Assembly (NCBI GenBank): GCA_964187785.1
Contig: OZ076414.1
Span: forward strand, 34,038,001 to 34,102,000
DNA from: Amphiscolops sp. MND2022
Taxonomy: Eukaryota
DNA length: 64,000 nucleotides
Reading direction: 5' to 3'
The notes beneath the pieces are model-generated. The model saw only the letters and a list, made by a program, of their open reading frames with translations. It was not told the origin of the DNA and did not search any database. The position numbers and the translations under genes are program-made. Below are positions 48,550 to 57,635 of this stretch, piece by piece. Position 1 is the stretch's first letter. Each line of letters begins with the position of its first letter.

Positions 48550-51500
48550 TTAATCTTTATAACCTTTCCGTTCTATATCCCTGAGAGAACTACCAGGGGT
48601 GCTTCGTTCGTATTTGGGGTCTTTGGGTTTTTCGGAAAACCGTGTAGATACTTTCTTTTTGAAGTTTGATAACTTTCCTGTTTTTGGGGAAATTTGGTCG
48701 GGGGGAGGCACTGTGTGGATAGGAGGGACGGATGGGAGAACCGGCGTTCTCTTTGGTAGGGGAGTGTTAGAAGAGAAAGCGAGCGGCAAAACTGCCATTG
48801 GGAGGCGTGGTGTTTGCATAGGTGGGAGTGGGTTTGTTTTACAACTTTGAGGGGTACGTTCCCCTGGAGCGGTGTTGCTAGAAGTAGATGGGATCGGGGT
48901 GTGAAATTGTGGTGTTTTCGGGGAAAGGAATCCAGAATCAGTACTGGGGGAAAATTCTGAACCTTTAGAAGTATTGTTACTCGGTCCTGAAAGGGGGGTT
49001 ATGATAAGTGGCATAAAATCTAGTTTATGCTCAGGTTGTCCCGAGTTGTGTTTGTCAATTTGAGTTTGGATCAAATGCTTGTAAAAATTATCGTCCTGTT
49101 CTACGGGAGCGTAATTTGTCAGCAATGGGGGTAAAGTTTCCTCTTTGGGAAAATACTCTAGTAAGTGGTTTCGGTGAGTTACTTTAACATTTTCGGGGTT
49201 CTCATCTTCTTTAATCTCGTATGTGGTATTGGTTATTTGTTTTGTTACCGTGAAAGGTCCCACTCGTAATTGTTTCAATTTCTGTGATTTGGATAGGTCG
49301 GGTTTGTGATTCTCCAATAGGACTTTTTGACCAACCGCGAGCGGTCGTCCTAGTTTGAAACGGTTCCGATACTCATGAGCTTTCGATGTGATTTCTCTAC
49401 ATCTTTTGTAGGTAGATGAGTATATTGATTTGAAATCGTTTTCTCTTGTAAGTAGTTCGGAAGATAACTGTGGTCTAAGGAGTCGGTCGAGGGACTTGTT
49501 TCTGAGGTTATTCTCACTATGGGTGTGGGGTTGTAAATCTGCACAAAATTCTGATTTACATTGTTTGTTTTTGTCGCGAAATAGCCCAAGTTTCAAAGTC
49601 ATCGGTATCTGAGGTTTGACGCCGAAGACAATCTCGTAGGGGGTCATACCCGTTGTGTAATTTACACTTGTGTTATGGGCAAAAGCGAATTTAGATGCAA
49701 GTGTTGACCAGTTGTTTCCTGACTCATTGGTGAAATTCCTCCAGTATCTCATGAGGTGTTTGTTTTGGACTTCAACTTTGCCATTTGTCCAGGGCGAATA
49801 AGCAGTGCGCGGTGCCAGCGTTATTCCGAACTCTTTGGTCCAATTTACAAAATCACGGTTGATAAACGCTGAGCCATTGTCGTGGACGATTTTTTGGGGA
49901 ATGCCGTAGGATGTGATCCATTTTTCTAGGGCATTGATTGTAGTCTGGGCTCCTGTATCTCGGACCGGATAGACTCCAAGAAATCTTGAGAATGCATCTA
50001 CTACAACTAGACAATGTGTATTCAGGTTACTGCTTGGTCTGATGGGACCTTTGTGGTCGATATGGATTGTTTTGAAGGGGGTTGTCTCGAGTTCGCCCCA
50101 TTGTTCAAGAGGAGCTTCTTGTAGATCGTGTCGTTTAGACTTGTTAGTCTGGCATTGTAGACAATCTTCTATCAGGGATACTATCCACTTATATCGTCCA
50201 GGCCAAAAGAAGTTTTGTCTGATGTTTTCGAATGTTTTAAATATGCCTGGGTGGCCACTGTGAGTATGAGCGTGGGCCAGATTAAAGAGGGGTAGGAATA
50301 ATGATAAGGGGACACAGATTTTCATTTCGTATTTGTCCGTTCCATGAATAGGTTCGTTATAGCAGAGTAGGTTGCTTTCTTTATCGAGAAAAAGTTGGTT
50401 GAAATTGTTGAAGTACGATAGCAAAGCCTTCGATTGGTGGATCTCTGGTGTTTTGGTGTTCGGCTTGTTCTTGTTTCTAACCCAAGCTCGTACAATTTGT
50501 AATACAGGATCGTTGATTTGTTCTGCAACTAAGGTGGTGATGTCCAAATCAGCGGTTTTAGAGTAATCGCTGAGTTTTTGTAAGAGGTCTTTGGTATCAA
50601 CGTGTGGGAATTGCTCGACATCTAAATTCTTGTTCAATAGAGGCCTTTCACTTTTCTGTGAAATGTTCTTTTCTTTCGCAGTTGATTTATCGCGATAGAA
50701 CTCGTGGTCTTCGCTGGAAAGGTGAAGTTCGGCGACTTCCTCTTCATCGTCACTGGAATCGGTTTCGATGTCGTCAATTCTACTATACTCGGGTTCATAC
50801 TGTATTTTGTATGAGGGTAGACAGAGGTTTTTGTATTGATTGATGGATTTTCCCAGTTTGAAACAGTCAGCGATGTCTTGGCGAGTCGCCATTACTGTTT
50901 GTTGGTTCTCATAGTGTTCTACTTCATGTTCTTCTCCGTCATTCTTGAGATGGAGTAGCCTTTGATCTTTGCCTTTTTGGCAGAGGATAGGGAAAAAGTC
51001 ATTGCTGCCACAATGACCATCGTCATTATGCTCGATTGCATAGTGTATTTTCGATCCAAATTCATCATAGAAACTGATATCTCGCGGTATCTCTTTGTGT
51101 AGTTTTTGTAAGTTTTTGGTTTCTTCCAGCGTGACATTTCTACTAAGTATGTCTGGAAATGCGAGGTTGGATCCTTTAGTCCAGATGATTTTGAGGTTTT
51201 GGAACTTGGTGATGATTACCTGATACTTGAAAAAGCGATGTGAAAGCTGTCCTTTTCTTCCCCAGAGGTATAAAATAGGTTTGTGATCGCAATAGAGGTA
51301 TATTGGAAATGGAGATCCAATAATGTAGTGTTCGTATGTTTGGAGTGCTGATACTATGCCACACAATTCGCGATGAAGGGTGGACATCTTTTGTTCAGCT
51401 TTGTCAAATACGCGGGAATTGAAAGAAACTATCCTTTTTCCTTCTGGAAATTGTTGAACTAGTATACAACCAGTACCAACGTTCGAAGAATCGACGTGTA

Positions 51501-52570
51501 TGTGGAAGGGGTACTCAGTTGAAGGGACAGCAAGAATAGTGTCCTCACATATACGACTTTTTATATCAGTGAAGAGGTCTTCGTGTTCTTTCGTCCATTT
51601 GAAAGGCGTTGTAGCTTTTATCAAATCGTAGAAGGGCTGGCTATCCACGTGTAAGTTTTTGATATAGCAACTGTAAAATCCAAGACAGCAAAGTACTTTC
51701 ATCACATCTCTTTTACTTTCGGGTGATTTTAAGTTTTTTAGATCCTGTACTCTTTTTGCTAAGGGTTGTATTCCTTGTTCAGAAATAACATGTCCTAGGA
51801 ATTTGACTTTCCTGATGAAGAAATTCGTCTTCTCAGGTGCAGCTTTAAGTCCGGCTTTCCTCAGGAGCTGATGGTACTCATGAATTATCGTGAACATTTC
51901 TTGTTTGGTCTGAGCCTGCATAAGACTGTCATCAAGATAGGTGATAGCTTGTTTTCGCTTGATGAGGGGCTCAAAATGTATAGCCATGAGACGGCTAAAA
52001 AAGTTTGGAAGTCCACAGAGTCCGTAGAAACCGCGTACATACGTGTATTGTTTTCCGCCGATAATAAAACTAGTGAGTTTTTGGGTCTCGTCGCTCAAAG
52101 GTACTTGGTGATATGCGCAGGATAAATCGCTGACCGTGAAGTACTTTCCGTTAATTCGAGTCATAATCATCTGAATGGGTTCCAATGGCCACGAGTAATT
52201 TGTCAGATCTGTTATGGAGTTTAAGTAGCGGGCGTCGATTACTAACTTTACGTAGTCTGCTTTGGGCATCAGAATGATCGGATTGACAAAAAGGGAACCT
52301 AGTTCGTCATCGTCTCCCATTTCTCTAATGATATCGGCTTCTTGGATTCGTCCAAGTAACTTCTCAAGTTTGTCCTTCAAGTGAAGGGGTACTTTGCTTG
52401 GTCGTTGTTTCTTGAGTTCTGAATTGGCTTTGAGTGTTACGTGAAATTTTTGACGTACTTTTCCCACGTCAAATTTGTGTTGTGAGTACACGTCCGCTGA
52501 GTCAATAAGCATGTCTATCAAGACAACCAATTCTTCATCTTCGAGGTCAGTATATCGGAAATCGAATTTC
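48550..52570 (-). CDS. pol: Pol part 2: RT, RNase H, linker insert, integrase (HHCC, DDE, GPF), Pro/Ser/Thr-rich tail
   Basis: YLDD at 51939-51928. RNase H: VDSS, ELCG, CDH, PD. IN: HAHTHSGH...CLQC, IDHKGP, HDNG, GKVE, VGPF. Joined to part 1 by a -1 shift near 52570. Confidence 0.95.
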
Positions 52571-54137
52571 TTTCATATTCCTTGATTTCCTCAGGCTGAT
52601 ATTGGAGATAGTAATCAATTAGTGCGTCATTGTCTTCTTTTGCTCTAAGCTCGACAAATTGTTCTGTACAGGGTGGCTGACACGATTTAGCATCCGTAGC
52701 AAAATTTGTTTCAAGTTCTTCAGTACCATTAGCAAATTGTTCTGTATAATAGTCAATATCTCCTTCTTCTACTTCTTCTTTTCGTATGGAAGCGTTAACA
52801 AATTGGAGGTTCGGTTCGTTTCGTGATACGATCTCGACTTTAATATGTCCATAATCGAAGCTGTTACGGATTATGTCCAAAGCTCCTTTCCAGTGAATGT
52901 TATCTAAGCCATCTTCAATTTTGGGTATTGAAATTGCAGGTATATTGTTTAGTTGTGCGTGTCCAACCAAATTTTCGATGCAACTGCGAAAATCTTCGGG
53001 TTTAATTTTTTCGTAACATCTCTTTTTTGCAACTAGTCCATAGATGAAGCGACTGGCTTCGTTATCCCAAAAGGGTAAAACTGATCCGACGAAAGGTTTC
53101 GACTGGTTCACGAAATTCTGAAAATCTTTCTTCTGTTCGCACAACCTTTTTGCGAACGTGGTTGTCATTTTTCCATCTGCTGAGACACAAAAGGCTAGAT
53201 TTGCATTTGAGGCTCGAAGGGTCTCGCCGGAGCCGTGGCTTAGAAAAACTTGTTGATCTCCTTCGTGTTCGAAGGGAACTGTTGAGTGTAGCAAGAAACA
53301 GTCGTTGTAGTCTGGGTTTTCCTTTAAAATTGTGTTGACCATCGTGACGCAATCCTTTATCTGGAACTTTGGTCGTTCTTTTTCCTGTAGGTCTATGATA
53401 GCATGACCAATTATTCCTCTATTAAGGGTTATTTGGTGATTTCGATTATTTTCAATCAAAATTGGCAGGTGGGATTCGGACTTCGTACATAAAACATTCA
53501 CAAAGGTAAGTCCTGTTTTGACTGCATTTTTGTGGGGTGTGAATGATGTTCCGGGTGCAAAATGTCTGTTATTTTCGCGGGAGTACTTGTGTAGGCGGGT
53601 AGTTTTGGCATCGATGCAAATTGGGTTATCTGTTCGTATTGTTTCGACCTTTGAAACGTATGGGAAAGGTTTGGTAGCACAAAGGTTACCGTAGCAAATC
53701 GTGTTAGGACTGTCTTTCAATTCGATTGCAGGCAAATCAAAATGTAATTTAGAAACAAGTTGACGGCAGAAATCTATTCCCAGTAAATTGGGTGTCTTCG
53801 CTTCTGTTATCCAAAACTTTAGCTCTACAGGATGGAGTCCATCCGAGTCGAAACTGAATGTGATTGTTGTTGATCCAAACATCGGTATAACTTCACCAGT
53901 ATAGGTTTTAGTCAGTTGTTTGCTCCTGACTACCGTGATGGGTTGTCCAAACTGTGCAATTTCCTCAAAAGCTCTGTAATTGATGATTGAACAGGCTGCT
54001 CCTGTATCTAGCATGAATTCTATTTCTAACCCACTATCTTTTTTGGAGTCTCCGGTGGGAAAAAAGAAGAGATTTAGGTGAAAACGTGATTTGAGGTTAC
54101 TTTCTTCGTCAGGTCGCGGAGACTTTAGCAGTTTAAA
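52518..54137 (-). CDS. pol: Pol part 1: aspartic protease, dUTPase-like remnant and TARG1/Poa1p-like macrodomain
   Basis: MLDTGA...LLGIDF protease. Macro region 52827-53249 (AFCVSADGKM...FIYGLVAKKR...ISIPKIEDGLDNIHW). Confidence 0.88.
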   Translation of the reverse strand, partial: FKLLKSPRPDEESNLKSRFHLNLFFFPTGDSKKDSGLEIEFMLDTGAACSIINYRAFEEIAQFGQPITVVRSKQLTKTYTGEVIPMFGSTTITFSFDSDGLHPVELKFWITEAKTPNLLGIDFCRQLVSKLHFDLPAIELKDSPNTICYGNLCATKPFPYVSKVETIRTDNPICIDAKTTRLHKYSRENNRHFAPGTSFTPHKNAVKTGLTFVNVLCTKSESHLPILIENNRNHQITLNRGIIGHAIIDLQEKERPKFQIKDCVTMVNTILKENPDYNDCFLLHSTVPFEHEGDQQVFLSHGSGETLRASNANLAFCVSADGKMTTTFAKRLCEQKKDFQNFVNQSKPFVGSVLPFWDNEASRFIYGLVAKKRCYEKIKPEDFRSCIENLVGHAQLNNIPAISIPKIEDGLDNIHWKGALDIIRNSFDYGHIKVEIVSRNEPNLQFVNASIRKEEVEEGDIDYYTEQFANGTEELETNFATDAKSCQPPCTEQFVELRAKEDNDALIDYYLQYQPEEIKEYERNSISDILTSKMKNWLS

Positions 54138-55519
54138 GGATTGAACGAGATTGTACTAACTCTGTCCTGTCCTTCTTCGTCAATGAACTGTACGGAGTTT
54201 GGGAAACTGTCATTGTTGGTTGGGAAATTTCGGTTGTACTCAGAATTTGTGTTTTGTGGTCGTGCACTGAAGTTATACGGGCTATTTGGCCTATTTCCAG
54301 TATAGGGTGTATTGTTTCGCAAATTGGTGCTAGTAGAAGTTGGTCTACTACCTGAAGAGTGATTGTTATTGCCATTGAAGTTGTTGAAGTTGTTCGACTG
54401 CTGAGAATTATTTCGGTTCCAGTTTTCATTTCGATTGTTTCCTTCGTTAGGTCTGCCTCTGTTGAAGTTTTGGTTCGACTGTTGGTTGCTTCTTTGATTA
54501 TTGGTGAAGTTCGGTCTTGGTGAAGACTGATAATTTTGTTGTGACCCAAATCCGGGTCCCTTCCGTTTGTTGTAGTCGTTGGTGAAGGTGACCTTCTTCT
54601 CTTCATTAGCTCGTGATTGTGCTCTCTTGGCTTCGTCATCGTAGATCTTCTTTCGGCAATATTGGAGTGTATGACCATTCCTTTGGCAATATTTACAAAA
54701 TCGTGTGATGTTTTGGCGGGACGTGTTATTTACGTCTACTGCAGAGACGTGATAGTCATGACAGTGAGAGGATGGGCATCCGTAGGGTAGAGAGTTAGTC
54801 ACAGCTAAAGAATTGACTTGTTGTTCTTTTAGCATATTCTTCATTGCGTTGATGTCTTCTCGTAGTTCGTTTATCAACGTTTTCTGGTTTTGTGAGGAGT
54901 TCGGAGCTAGCTGAGAGCTGATAGTAAAAACAAGGTCTTTATTAGTTACATGTTCCTGAAATTGTTCCCAAGTAGCGTTGGGGTGTTCAATTAGGTATTG
55001 GTGAGCCTTGTTCTTTAGTTCGTTTGGCGTTAGTCCTCTGACTGCAAATTCAATGTACTTTTGCCTTCTTTGGGCATTCAGGGCAGCCCTGGCTGCGTTA
55101 TCAGCATTTTCTTCATCTGGCCATCCTCTATCGACAGCTCGTTTCACTCGGTGAAAGTAGTTCTTTATTATTTCTTCATTTCCTCTGACACTGTTTTCTG
55201 CAGTTATTCTATATCTGTATTTATCTCTGTTGTCGGAAAAGCGGGTTAGAAAATGTGCTCGAATATATTGCCAGTCGTGTCCATCGTCTATGTTGTCTGC
55301 ATACCATTCAGCGGCAGGTCCTCTTAGGAGTGATGAAAAAAGTGCCTTTTTGCGAAAAAGGTATCTTGCGCGTTCGTCGGCATTGTCGGGTTCATGACCC
55401 ATCGAGAAATTGATTTTGTTTTCAACGGTTGTTAGGAATGATCTAACATCTTGTTCAGGATCGTTCCCTGAAAATTTGTCCGAAGCGAGGTCGGGAAATG
55501 AAACTGTGTTATCTGCCAT
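54125..55519 (-). CDS. gag: Gag, 464 aa, intact
   Basis: Ty3-type capsid (KFSG...LLRGPAAEWY...FLTRF), CCHC knuckle CKYCQRNGHTLQYC, and an N/Q/R-rich nucleocapsid tail. Confidence 0.93.
   Translation of the reverse strand: MADNTVSFPDLASDKFSGNDPEQDVRSFLTTVENKINFSMGHEPDNADERARYLFRKKALFSSLLRGPAAEWYADNIDDGHDWQYIRAHFLTRFSDNRDKYRYRITAENSVRGNEEIIKNYFHRVKRAVDRGWPDEENADNAARAALNAQRRQKYIEFAVRGLTPNELKNKAHQYLIEHPNATWEQFQEHVTNKDLVFTISSQLAPNSSQNQKTLINELREDINAMKNMLKEQQVNSLAVTNSLPYGCPSSHCHDYHVSAVDVNNTSRQNITRFCKYCQRNGHTLQYCRKKIYDDEAKRAQSRANEEKKVTFTNDYNKRKGPGFGSQQNYQSSPRPNFTNNQRSNQQSNQNFNRGRPNEGNNRNENWNRNNSQQSNNFNNFNGNNNHSSGSRPTSTSTNLRNNTPYTGNRPNSPYNFSARPQNTNSEYNRNFPTNNDSFPNSVQFIDEEGQDRVSTISFNPLNC
54131..54137 (-). 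promoter_or_regulatory. -1 ribosomal frameshift slippery heptamer U UUA AAC
   Basis: In gag frame CCT TTA AAC TGC TAA. The -1 frame is open without stops into LEIEFMLDTG (protease). An 8-bp stem agtctccg/cggagact begins 6 nt downstream. Confidence 0.85.
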
Positions 55520-55540
55520 TCTTCTCTTTTGCTTGAATGT

Positions 55541-55558
55541 GCCTCACTGGTCGCACCA
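55541..55558 (-). promoter_or_regulatory. Primer binding site of giant element
   Basis: TGGTGCGACCAGTGAGGC, 3 nt after the LTR. The implied tRNA 3' end GCCUCAC-UGGUCGC-A-CCA has a T-arm like elongator tRNA-Met or tRNA-Ile(UAU); this assignment is inference. Confidence 0.8.
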
Positions 55559-55561
55559 GTT

Positions 55562-57635
55562 TGTAAAGGTTCGATTGGGTTTAGGAGAAATTAGCCTTCT
55601 GAGATTCTTGATCAATAGTGTTTAGGAGTTAGTTTGCGACTATGCCTTCCTAAACCTTTACAAAAGTTGTCTCTAGGTCTTCCGAGTTCGCAGGAAGAAC
55701 TTTGTTTCGAGAGAAGAGTTTGAATATATGAAAAGAATTTGAATTAGTTCGAGTATTATATTCAACAATGTTTGTTTTTACACAATACGCAAGAATACAA
55801 TACAAACAGAATAATGTAATCATCCAAGTTGACACAAATATCCAATCAATAATATCTGAATTGTTTAGCATTCACCACAAATAAATACATCAATTATTTA
55901 GGGAGCAATGTTCAGGTAAGTTGTTTAAATACTATAAAAACTGGAATTTTCTGATCTTATTGTCCAACAATTTGGTTAGGACAAGTGTGCTGACTTTTGG
56001 CCAGAATTCCAGTCTATTCAGACCGGTTTGGGGTTCCTAGAGTTCTCAACAATGTAGTGAGAGTTACTAAGTCTATTGACAATTTACGTGACAGGTTTGT
56101 CACACGTTCTAGCTTATAGGAAGCGAAGAACTAGCTTATAGGAAGCTGAGAGTTAAATAAAATAGTTTTAGCCTATATGACCAGCCAATTACTAGGTCGA
56201 AGACAGGGTTGTCTTGAGCATAGACTTATAAGAAGTCTTGCGAATCTAAGTAAATTAAAGGTCTTATCTAACCAGCATTCGCTAGGTTTTTGTTCGGACA
56301 AGATTGCCGATTGGGCTCGATCCAGAGGTTCGGTGCCGTGTTCTAAGAGTTTTAACCTATTGCAATGGACCAGCAAGTTTGCTAGGTCGAGAGGAAGACA
56401 AGTTTGTCTAAAGACTTTGAAGAAGTCTTGTGAGTCTAAGTGAGTTAAAAGGCCTTATTTCAACCAGCAGTTTGCTAGGTTGCTTTTTAGACAAGATTGT
56501 CAGAATTCTGTTCAATACTTTATAAGGTTACATGCATTTTACTTTTTAATCAGTTTGTTTTACTTGCAAGTTAGCTGCAGTTATTGAGATGATCTAGACT
56601 AGCAGTCGCTAAGTCTTGACGCAATCGCGTACTAAGAGGAAAGTGATCTCCGTCGAGAATTGTTTGGGAGCGTTTAGCTCTAGTTAGTTTTCCCTATGAT
56701 TTTCATAGGAGAACCTTGTCGGTTGTTTGTCTCTTCAGTCACTAGGACTGGGGGTTGTCTATAAAAGACAGGTAGGAAAAGGGAGCAAAGAAAAAAGAGA
56801 AAAATTTTGAGTTGTGAATTTTGAAGTTATTTTCTAAGTTAAAGAAAATAACTAACCTGAAGTTTGAAGCAAAGATTGGGTCGGAGAGATTTGTTCTCGC
56901 AAGAGAGAGATTTTTTGAGTGAGATGATTTATAGCAGAGGCGAAGAGGAGAGTCAGAGTGAGAGTGTGCGAGGGATTTATGCGAGAAAATTATATCTCAA
57001 TTTGCTAGAGTCCGGCTTTTTATACGAGCCGACCGAACGGTACAACCAATCAAATCGATTGGCGTTTTTTATTGGATACGAAATTATTTCGTCATTATCT
57101 CGTCAATATTTTGTCCATAATTGGAATCGCATTCACTATTGGATGCAACCGAATAGAAGTCGGCGGGGATTGCATCAGCTACCGAATATGTTCGGCTAAC
57201 CGAGTTGGCTGACGCAACTCTTTGTATTTGTCAGGGGAATTAATCCTCTCAAGTGGGGGACTTTGTTCCCACTTGAGAATTCTTTTGTTTAAAATTGAGA
57301 ATTTGGCCGTACAAGTGGCGCCTATTATTCTCTTTTCAGAGATATTTACTGGCACAAGTGGCGTCGCATATTGTCTTTTCAGGGGAGATAAAAGATAATT
57401 GTTTGCACAAGTGGCAAGCGTTTTCTTTTGTAGAGGGGAATTCTCCCTTTCATATGACGCGCAGCTGTAATTTTGTTTATCTCTAAAATTCTTTCGAGCG
57501 TGCCTGGAGAATTGAAAGAATTTGAGTAAGAGTTCACAAAAATTGAATAAAAAAAATTCTAGCTCCGATTGAATAATTTTCTAAATATGTTTTTTCAAAT
57601 ATTAAAATGAAGAAAAAGTTGTGTTAAACATAACA
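55562..57635 (-). repeat. 5' LTR of giant element (2,074 bp)
   Basis: Direct repeat of 38410-40483. The minus strand has several CCAAT boxes upstream of TATAAAAA (57024-57017). Confidence 0.96.
57017..57024 (-). promoter_or_regulatory. TATA box of the LTR promoter
   Basis: TATAAAAA preceded on the same strand by multiple CCAAT motifs; same site at 39865-39872 in the other LTR. Confidence 0.6.

Larger units (their letters stand above)
38410..57635 (-). mobile_element. Giant (19,226 bp) enveloped Ty3/gypsy LTR retroelement with macrodomain, class III env, TRAF and accessory ORFs
   Basis: 2,074-bp TG...CA LTRs at constant offset 17152 (about 4 substitutions seen, no indels), 4-bp TSD TAAC (38406-38409 / 57636-57639), PBS, and gag-PR-RT-RH-IN order followed by ~8 kb of extra ORFs on the same strand. 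Confidence 0.96.
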
